A stretch of DNA of 64,000 nucleotides, taken from positions 5,537 to 69,536 of the forward strand of contig DATHKH010000046.1 of assembly GCA_035286325.1 (NCBI GenBank), written 5' to 3'. The stretch's first letter is position 1. The number at the start of each line of letters is the position of its first letter. Position numbers and translations under genes: made by a program. Shown piece by piece: positions 49,190 through 56,204 of this stretch. The notes under the pieces are model-generated. The model searched no databases. It was not told the origin of the DNA and saw nothing but the letters and a program-made list of their open reading frames with translations. This stretch comes from Flavobacterium sp. GTDB taxonomy: Bacteria > Bacteroidota > Bacteroidia > Flavobacteriales > Flavobacteriaceae.

Positions 49190-49254
49190 CAAACGTACAA
49201 CTATATTTTTAGTTACACAACTATAAAATTAGTTATTTAACTAAATTTTAAGTT
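49190..49254 (-). promoter_or_regulatory. blaI promoter (-7 box TACGTTTG) with three AACTA-N6-TAGTT palindromes
   Basis: -7 box at 49190-49197; palindromes at 49199-49214, 49219-49234 and 49239-49254 (the last has one mismatch). Confidence 0.7.
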
Positions 49255-50470
49255 TTTTAACTTCCTTGCCGTGAAGGACTTTCTGCAGATAAACGGCCGC
49301 AAGTGCAGCCACAATGCCCATACTTCCCATAAAAAACCAGTTGGCCTGGAAGCCGTAATTTCCGATAATCGTCAAACCAACTTTAGAACTCATGATCTGA
49401 GCCAGGCTAAAACTCATCGTATACAATGCCATATATCTGCCTTCGTGGCCTTTTGGCGCACGGCTCATCGCAAACGAATTTGAAAACGGGAACGCAAACA
49501 TTTCCCCAAACGTGATAAATAAAATACTGACGACCAAAACGCCAATCCAACCCGCCAGCAAAACAAAGAAACTCGCAGCCATCAGCAATGAACCCCAAAA
49601 AATAATTTTGACTTTCTGTATTTTCTTCCGTTCAAAATAACTGACAATCGGCATTTCCAAGAAACCAATCATAACGCCGTTCAAAGTCATAAATAATCCT
49701 GTCTGAAATGGCGTAAGCGCATACCTATTGTGATGATATAATGGCAGCGTATAAAATATCTGGAAGAAAATCATCGCGGTCACGAAACTCGTAAACAGGA
49801 AAATCCAGAACGGCTTGTCCTTAAAAACCGATTCTGTCAGGATTTCGCCAGGATGTTCTTTATCTGTATAAGGCGATTTCTTTTTCTCCTTGACCAGGAT
49901 CCAGAAAATCAAAATTGCAAGGATGCAGGTCGAACCGTCAGCCCAAAACAGGCCTTTATAACCAATGCCCATAATAATCAATCCGCCCAATGCCGGTCCG
50001 GCAGCAAATCCCAAATTCACGGCCAATCGCACCAATGTCAGTGCACGCGTCCGGTATTCTGGTTTCGCATACGCGCCAAGCGATACGAACATCGCCGGGC
50101 GGAACATATCGGCAATGATCATAATGCCAAACATCGAAAAGCACAATCCCCAAAAGGTTGTTACAAACTGAATGACAAAAAACAACAATCCGCTCGTAAA
50201 CAAACTGAAAATCATGACTTTGTAAAACCCGATTTTGTCTGCAAGTTTTCCGCCAAGCCATGAGCCAATCATTGATCCGAATCCAAAACAGACCATAATC
50301 CAGCCGACTTCGCCGTAACTGAAATGCAAATCTTCCTTGAGATATTTGGACAGAAATGGGAGCACCATTGTTCCGGCGCGGTTGATGAAAGTGATGATCG
50401 CCAGTATCCAGATTTCCCTTGAAAACCCTTTAAAGTTGTCTACATAACGTTTCGAGGCCGTTTTAAGCAT
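49241..50470 (-). CDS. MFS transporter
   Basis: INRAGTMVLPFL, GGKLADKIG motif A, NLGFAAGPALGG; about 12 TM segments. Confidence 0.93.
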   Translation of the reverse strand: MLKTASKRYVDNFKGFSREIWILAIITFINRAGTMVLPFLSKYLKEDLHFSYGEVGWIMVCFGFGSMIGSWLGGKLADKIGFYKVMIFSLFTSGLLFFVIQFVTTFWGLCFSMFGIMIIADMFRPAMFVSLGAYAKPEYRTRALTLVRLAVNLGFAAGPALGGLIIMGIGYKGLFWADGSTCILAILIFWILVKEKKKSPYTDKEHPGEILTESVFKDKPFWIFLFTSFVTAMIFFQIFYTLPLYHHNRYALTPFQTGLFMTLNGVMIGFLEMPIVSYFERKKIQKVKIIFWGSLLMAASFFVLLAGWIGVLVVSILFITFGEMFAFPFSNSFAMSRAPKGHEGRYMALYTMSFSLAQIMSSKVGLTIIGNYGFQANWFFMGSMGIVAALAAVYLQKVLHGKEVKKLKI

Positions 50471-50562
50471 GTCGTTTGGTTGTCTTGCAAAGTTAAGAAT
50501 CCTGCAAAGATTAATCGGTCCGAACGACGGATTTTATCTGCAGATTTCTTTATTTTTGCTTA

Positions 50563-50606
50563 ACCCGAGGCCGATGCGACAAGCTAAGGCCGAACTGGAC
50601 GAAGTT
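50563..50606 (+). mobile_element. Micro-insertion element copy M6 (44 bp) in the leader of the DUF1684 gene
   Basis: ACCCGAGGCC-GATGCGACAAGCTAA-GGCCGAACTGGACGAAGTT between a TATTTTTG box (50551-50558) and the ATG at 50618. Confidence 0.75.
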
Positions 50607-50617
50607 AAATAATTGCA

Positions 50618-51220
50618 ATGAAAAATTTCCTTATTATTGTATGCTGCCTCGGCTCGCTGGCCGCTTTATCCCAACAGCAATTTGATCGCGAGGCGGCAAA
50701 AAAGGCGCAAAAAGAACTCAATATCGAATACGAGGACAAAGACAAAAGTCCGCTGACACCGGAAGACCGCGAAAATTTCAAAGGACTGGATTTCTTCCCG
50801 GTATCGGAAAAATATTTCGTGGTTGCCCATTTCACCAGAACCGAAACCGAAAAGCCTTTTGAAATGAAAACCACCGGCGCCAGAAGGCCTTTGTACCAGA
50901 AATATGGCGAACTGGCTTTTGCATTGGAAGGCAAAAACTTCAAACTGAACCTTTACCAGAATATCGAACTCAGCAAAAAAGACGGTTACCATGATTATCT
51001 GTTTCTGCCGTTTTCCGACCTTACTTCTGGGAAGGAAAGCTACATTGGCGGCCGTTACATCGATGTCAGAATTCCGAAAGGCGATACGATGGCAATCGAT
51101 TTCAACCAGGCTTACAATCCGTATTGCGCCTACAACCACAAATATTCCTGCCCGATCGTGCCGCAGGACAACGACCTCGATATTGAAATCCGCGCCGGCG
51201 TTAAAAAATTTCTCGACTGA
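50618..51220 (+). CDS. DUF1684 domain protein
   Basis: Signal peptide; LFLPF.D.TSG.ESY.GGRY, DFNQAYNPYCAY...CP. Confidence 0.92.
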   Translation: MKNFLIIVCCLGSLAALSQQQFDREAAKKAQKELNIEYEDKDKSPLTPEDRENFKGLDFFPVSEKYFVVAHFTRTETEKPFEMKTTGARRPLYQKYGELAFALEGKNFKLNLYQNIELSKKDGYHDYLFLPFSDLTSGKESYIGGRYIDVRIPKGDTMAIDFNQAYNPYCAYNHKYSCPIVPQDNDLDIEIRAGVKKFLD

Positions 51221-51912
51221 TGTTTTTCAATTTGCATACACACAAATCCGGAAGCGATCCGGAAGTTGTGGAATTGGTCAATCAATATCCGCAGGAATTG
51301 GCTTCGCCCAGTTCGGGCAAAGATCCTCGGGTTGATGCGACAATCCCGTTTTATTCCATTGGAATCCATCCGTGGCATATTGTAGAAAACAGGGTTTCTG
51401 AAGACTTGGGAATCATTAAAAGTAAATTGGGCGAGCAAAACTGCCTGGCCATCGGAGAATGCGGATTGGACAAAAGAATAGAAATTCCATTTGATTTGCA
51501 GGTTGGCGTTTTTGAAAAACAATTGGCTTTGGCCGAAAGATATCAGAAACCGGTAGTCATCCATTGTGTCGCGGCATTTTCAGAAGTCATGGAAATCAAA
51601 AAGCGCCTCAAAATTTCAGTGCCGATGATCATTCATGGGTTTTCAAAAAATGAACAAACGGCAAAACAGCTTTTGGACCATGGTTTTTATCTTTCTTTTG
51701 GCAAATATTTGCTGCGGAATCCCGAACTTGAATCGGTTTTCAAAAGCGTGCCCGACGATCGGTTTTTTCTGGAAACTGATACGATTGAAGAAAGTATCCG
51801 CGACGTTTACAATTTGGCTGCAAAATATAGAAGCACCGACTTACAAACATTACAAAACACAATCAAACAAAATTTCAGTTCCGTTTTTAACCGAACGAAT
51901 CTAATAATCTAA
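51220..51912 (+). CDS. tatD: TatD family hydrolase, carrying an in-frame insertion
   Basis: HTH, GIHPW, IGECGLD, IHCV, HGF, ETD motifs. Confidence 0.9.
   Translation: MFFNLHTHKSGSDPEVVELVNQYPQELASPSSGKDPRVDATIPFYSIGIHPWHIVENRVSEDLGIIKSKLGEQNCLAIGECGLDKRIEIPFDLQVGVFEKQLALAERYQKPVVIHCVAAFSEVMEIKKRLKISVPMIIHGFSKNEQTAKQLLDHGFYLSFGKYLLRNPELESVFKSVPDDRFFLETDTIEESIRDVYNLAAKYRSTDLQTLQNTIKQNFSSVFNRTNLII
51300..51332 (-). mobile_element. Micro-insertion element copy M7 (33 bp), antisense and in-frame in tatD
   Basis: Minus strand ACCCGAGGATCTTTGCCCGAACTGGGCGAAGCC; removal restores GAA TTT GAT (QYPQEFDATIPF). Confidence 0.8.
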
Positions 51913-51937
51913 TAATCTAATAATATAACAACCTAAA
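51898..51937 (+). repeat. 8-bp tandem repeat (AATCTAAT)x3 plus 2 degenerate units
   Basis: AATCTAAT AATCTAAT AATCTAAT AATATAAC AACCTAAA spanning the tatD stop up to the tcdA start. Confidence 0.75.
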
Positions 51938-51938
51938 A

Positions 51939-52658
51939 ATGGCTGAATGGACCGAAAGGGCAGAGTTGCTCTTCAGAAAAGAAGGTTTGGAAAAACTCAA
52001 CAAAGCAAATATATTGGTCGTCGGGCTTGGCGGCGTCGGCTCGTTTGCGGCAGAATTTCTTGCGCGCGCAGGTATCGGGACAATGACGATTGTTGATGGC
52101 GATGTCGTTGATATTACCAATATCAACAGGCAGTTGCCGGCTTTGCATTCGACAGTTGGTTTGCCAAAGATTGACGTCGTTGGCGACCGTTTAATGGACA
52201 TCAATCCGGGACTGAAACTGACCAGGATCAAGGAATTCCTTTCCCCGGAACGCGCTTTTGAAATTGTCAGCGACGAATTTGATTTTGTCGTGGATTGCAT
52301 CGACAGCGTCACGCCAAAACTGAATCTGATCATCGCGGCGAAACGCAAAAAAATAAAAATCATCAGCAGTATGGGCGCGGGCGGCAAAATGGAAGCGGCC
52401 AAAGTCAAAGTCGCCGACATCAGTAATACCGAAAACTGCTTTTTGGCAAAAGCCATCAAAAAACGCCTGAAGGAAGTCAAGATTGACAGGGGAATCAAAG
52501 TCGTTTATTCTTCGGAAATCCAGGATGAAGGCAGCCTGAAAACCACTGACGGAAAGAATTACAAGAAATCGTTTTATGGAACCAACAGTTATATGCCGGG
52601 ACTTTTCGGGTTGTATTGCGCGGAAACGGTCATCAGGTATTTGTTGAAACAGGAATAA
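51939..52658 (+). CDS. tcdA: tRNA threonylcarbamoyladenosine dehydratase (ThiF family)
   Basis: GLGGVGS, DGDVVDITNINRQ, DCIDS, SSMGAGGK. Confidence 0.9.
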   Translation: MAEWTERAELLFRKEGLEKLNKANILVVGLGGVGSFAAEFLARAGIGTMTIVDGDVVDITNINRQLPALHSTVGLPKIDVVGDRLMDINPGLKLTRIKEFLSPERAFEIVSDEFDFVVDCIDSVTPKLNLIIAAKRKKIKIISSMGAGGKMEAAKVKVADISNTENCFLAKAIKKRLKEVKIDRGIKVVYSSEIQDEGSLKTTDGKNYKKSFYGTNSYMPGLFGLYCAETVIRYLLKQE

Positions 52659-52667
52659 AACGTCTAT

Positions 52668-52706
52668 CGCGTTACACTGCGGAAAGCCCGGCCAAAGGCA
52701 ACGCCC
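52668..52706 (-). repeat. REP-like family B copy B4, internally deleted
   Basis: Minus strand GGGCGTTGCCTTTGGCCGGGCTTTCCGCAGTG-TAACGCG; matches both ends of B1 at 43080-43140. Confidence 0.8.
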
Positions 52707-52720
52707 AAAAAATATTTACA

Positions 52721-53377
52721 ATGATACAAACAGTTATTTTCGATATGGACGGCGTTATCGTCGACACGGAGCCAGTTCATTACCATGCTTACCAGCAGCA
52801 TTTCAAGGATTTGGATATCCATGTTCCTGATGAAATGTATTCAGCTTTTACCGGGAATTCGACCAAGAATGTTTATGAAAAGCTCAAGGAAGCTTTTGGG
52901 ATTACTGAAGAAACGGCAAAATTGGTCGACATCAAAAGGGCATTTTTCAATGATGCGTTTGACACTAAAGAAGATTTGTTTTTACTCGAAGGCGTTGAAG
53001 ACCTGATTAAAGATTTGCATCAAAATGGCATGCAGTTGATTTTGGCTTCGTCGTCGGCAAAAGTTACGATTGACCGGATTTTCAGGCGATTTCATTTGCA
53101 CCAATATTTCAGCCACATCGTCAGCGGCGAGGATTTCCCGAAATCAAAACCCGATCCTGCGATTTTTGTCAAGGCGGTAGAATTATCGGGTATGCCAAAA
53201 GAAAACTGTATTGTCATTGAAGATTCCAACAACGGGATCAAAGCCGCGAAAGCTGCGGGAATTTACTGCATCGGATACGACAGCCTGCATTCTAAACTGC
53301 AGGATTTATCGGAAGCGGACAGGATTATCAGGCGTTTTGATGAGCTGGATTTTGAAAAGATCAGCCATTTGAAGTAA
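52721..53377 (+). CDS. HAD family phosphatase (beta-PGM-like)
   Basis: FDMDGVIVD, ASSS, KPDP, IEDS..GI.AA motifs; ATG at 52721. Confidence 0.93.
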   Translation: MIQTVIFDMDGVIVDTEPVHYHAYQQHFKDLDIHVPDEMYSAFTGNSTKNVYEKLKEAFGITEETAKLVDIKRAFFNDAFDTKEDLFLLEGVEDLIKDLHQNGMQLILASSSAKVTIDRIFRRFHLHQYFSHIVSGEDFPKSKPDPAIFVKAVELSGMPKENCIVIEDSNNGIKAAKAAGIYCIGYDSLHSKLQDLSEADRIIRRFDELDFEKISHLK

Positions 53378-53497
53378 ATGGTTAATTCTATTTTTTTTTG
53401 TTGCTTTATTGGTTGCGGCAAGTCAAATTAAGAAAATATTAGTATCATATTCTAAAAATAAATTTGTAATTTTAAAGGAAACCAAACTTATCTCATA

Positions 53498-54340
53498 ATG
53501 AAAAAAATAATTATCGCATTGTTCATGACCGCGGGTTTGATGGCCAATGCCCAAGTAAAAACGCCGCAGGCGAGTCCGAGGCAAATTTTAAACCAAGTCG
53601 TGGGCCTTACCCAAGTCGACATCAATTATTCCCGTCCAAGCATTAAAGGCAGGATAGTTTTTGGCGACCTCGTTCCTTTTGGCAAAACATGGAGAACAGG
53701 CGCCAATGAAAATACGACCATATCATTCGGTGATGATGTCGTCATTGACGGCAAAACCCTGAAAAAAGGGAAATATTCCTTATATACAGTGCCAAAAGCG
53801 GAAAGCTGGGATGTCATTTTTTATTCGACGACCGACAACTGGGGAAATCCTGAGGAATGGAAGGACAGCAATGTCGCATTGAAAACCAACGTAAAATCGG
53901 AGCAATTGAACAGGACTGTTGAATCTTTCACGATTGGAATCAACAACCTTGACAACAACTTCGCGAATCTTGAAATTTCATGGGAGAAAACGCTGGTAGC
54001 CGTAAAATTTGAAGTGCCAACGCAAAAAACAGCGATCGAAAGCATTGATAAAGCTTTGGCCGGGCCAACAGCAGGTGATTATTTTTCCGCAGCGCAATAT
54101 TATTACCAATCGAATGGTGACTTAAACAAGGCATTGACGTATGTCAACAAAGCGCTGGAAATGAACAAGGACAAGCCTTTTTGGATGAACAGGCAGAAAT
54201 CATTGATCCAAGCTAAATTGGGTGACAAAAAAGGCGCGATTGAAACGGCAAAAGTTTCTTTGGCATCAGCCCAGGAAGCGAAAAATATGGATTATGTCAA
54301 AATGAACCAGGACAGCATTTCCGAATGGAGTAAAAAATAA
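53498..54340 (+). CDS. DUF2911 domain protein with a C-terminal TPR-like region
   Basis: Signal peptide; P.ASP, YSRP..KGR.VFG.LVP.GK.WRTGAN. Confidence 0.9.
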   Translation: MKKIIIALFMTAGLMANAQVKTPQASPRQILNQVVGLTQVDINYSRPSIKGRIVFGDLVPFGKTWRTGANENTTISFGDDVVIDGKTLKKGKYSLYTVPKAESWDVIFYSTTDNWGNPEEWKDSNVALKTNVKSEQLNRTVESFTIGINNLDNNFANLEISWEKTLVAVKFEVPTQKTAIESIDKALAGPTAGDYFSAAQYYYQSNGDLNKALTYVNKALEMNKDKPFWMNRQKSLIQAKLGDKKGAIETAKVSLASAQEAKNMDYVKMNQDSISEWSKK

Positions 54341-54359
54341 TTGAACCAACAATTTGAAG

Positions 54360-54387
54360 AAACGCCTCAGTAAATGGGGCGTTTTTT
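54360..54387. terminator. Bidirectional terminator
   Basis: AAACGCCTCA-GTAAA-TGGGGCGTTTTTT. Confidence 0.75.
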
Positions 54388-56086
54388 ATTTGGCGACCAG
54401 CAGTTTGTCATTCCTGAAAATCGAAACCTGTAAAATTAACGAAAGGATGATGGCGAGCATCGCGCCGATGAAATTCAGCCACAGGAAGCTCACGACATCC
54501 AGATAATAGATGTAAAATATCGCCAACTGCGACACGACTGCGCCCCAGAAAATGGCTTTTGCACGGATGTATTTGATGTAAAAACCGACCAGGAAAATGC
54601 CCAGCACGGTTCCGTAAAAGATCGAGCCGACAATATTGACCAATTGGATCAGGTTTTCAAAAAGTGTCCCAACGCAGGCAAAAAGTATCGCTATAATTCC
54701 CCAAAGCAGCGTGAAGAATTTGGTCGCATTCACGAAATGTTTTTCTGATTTCTCGCCTTTTACATTGCGTTTGTAAATATCGATGGCTGTTGTAGAAGCA
54801 AGCGCAGTAAGCCCGGAAGCAGAAGATGACATCGCCGCAGAAAGGATAACCGCCAGCAACAATCCAATCAATCCTTGTGGCAGATAGTGAAGGATAAAAT
54901 GGATAAAGACATAATCCTTGTCATTGGTTTCCGCTTTTTTATCCGCTTTGGTGATGATTTCTTTCGCCTGTTCGCGCAGGTCTTTTTCTTTTCCTGAGAG
55001 TGAAATCAGCTTTTTTCGAAGAATCGGGTTGTCGTAATTCTGGTTTAGGTGATCGATATATAACAGATTGTATTCCTTTTTTTCTTCAGACAGATTGACG
55101 AGTTCCTTCTCGAGTTTGTGGTATTCGTTTTTGTATTTGGAATTTTCGACAATGACTTTATTATTCGGATTGAAATTCAGTGGTACCGGATTGAATTGGA
55201 AAAACACAAACACCATGACGCCAATCAACAATATGAAAAACTGCATCGGCACTTTTAAAAACCCATTCATGATCAATCCCATCTGGCTTTCACGGATGGA
55301 TTTTCCTGAAAGATAACGGCCAACCTGTGACTGGTCGGTTCCGAAATAAGACAACGCCAGGAAAAAACCGCCTGTAATGCCGCTCCAAAATGTATAGCGC
55401 GTTTCCGGATCATTTGAAAAATCGACAATATTCATTTTGTCATTCGCACCGGCAATATGCAACGCATTGGTAAAGGTCATGTCGTTTGGCAGCATATGCA
55501 AAATCAGGAAAAAGGTGACAAACATCCCAAACATGATCACAAACATCTGTTGCTTTTGCGTGACATTGACCGCTTTTGTCCCGCCGGAAAAAGTATAAAA
55601 GATGACCAGGATTCCGATGACAACATTCAACACAGTCAGGTTCCAACCCAGTAAAGACGAGAGAATAATCGCCGGTGCATAAATAGTCAATCCTGTTCCC
55701 AAACCGCGTTGTACGAGAAATAAAATGGCTGCGAGCGAACGGGTTTTTAAATCAAAACGCTGTTCGAGGTATTCATACGCCGTAAAAACTTTTAACCTGT
55801 GGTAAATTGGGATGAATGTGATGCTGATGACGACCATCGCAAGCGGCAACCCGAAATAGAACTGCACGAAGCCCATTCCGTCGTGATATGCCTGGCCCGG
55901 AGTAGAAAGGAACGTAATCGCACTGGCCTGCGTCGCCATGACCGAAAGCCCGACGACATACCACGGCGTTTCATTGTTGGCAAGAATATAATCCTCTACA
56001 TTTTTGCTGCCGCGTGTTTTCCAAACGCCATAAACAACGATGAACAATAAGGTAACAGAAAGTACAATCCAGTCGATTTGTTGCAT
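54386..56086 (-). CDS. Sodium:solute symporter family protein
   Basis: SVMATQASAITFLSTPG, TAYEYLEQRF, GTDQSQVGRY, SAAMSS. Confidence 0.93.
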   Translation of the reverse strand: MQQIDWIVLSVTLLFIVVYGVWKTRGSKNVEDYILANNETPWYVVGLSVMATQASAITFLSTPGQAYHDGMGFVQFYFGLPLAMVVISITFIPIYHRLKVFTAYEYLEQRFDLKTRSLAAILFLVQRGLGTGLTIYAPAIILSSLLGWNLTVLNVVIGILVIFYTFSGGTKAVNVTQKQQMFVIMFGMFVTFFLILHMLPNDMTFTNALHIAGANDKMNIVDFSNDPETRYTFWSGITGGFFLALSYFGTDQSQVGRYLSGKSIRESQMGLIMNGFLKVPMQFFILLIGVMVFVFFQFNPVPLNFNPNNKVIVENSKYKNEYHKLEKELVNLSEEKKEYNLLYIDHLNQNYDNPILRKKLISLSGKEKDLREQAKEIITKADKKAETNDKDYVFIHFILHYLPQGLIGLLLAVILSAAMSSSASGLTALASTTAIDIYKRNVKGEKSEKHFVNATKFFTLLWGIIAILFACVGTLFENLIQLVNIVGSIFYGTVLGIFLVGFYIKYIRAKAIFWGAVVSQLAIFYIYYLDVVSFLWLNFIGAMLAIILSLILQVSIFRNDKLLVAK

Positions 56087-56087
56087 C

Positions 56088-56195
56088 TTATGAGAATATT
56101 TGCATCAGGAAACAAAAAATCATGATATAAATCGCATTGGCTACCAAAACCCAAGTGTAGCTTTTTTTCCAGGTGGTCATTTTAGGATTGTCCAT
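56088..56195 (-). CDS. Small single-TM protein (35 aa), below the ORF-track cutoff
   Basis: MDNPKMTTWKKSYTWVLVANAIYIMIFCFLMQIFS*; fills the gap between the PIG-L and symporter genes with 9-bp and 1-bp spacers. Confidence 0.7.
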   Translation of the reverse strand: MDNPKMTTWKKSYTWVLVANAIYIMIFCFLMQIFS

Positions 56196-56204
56196 AATCG
56201 TGTA

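Noticed and set aside
52616-52720. N-terminal extension of the HAD gene
   Set aside because: It overlaps tcdA and REP B4; HAD motif I follows the ATG at 52721.
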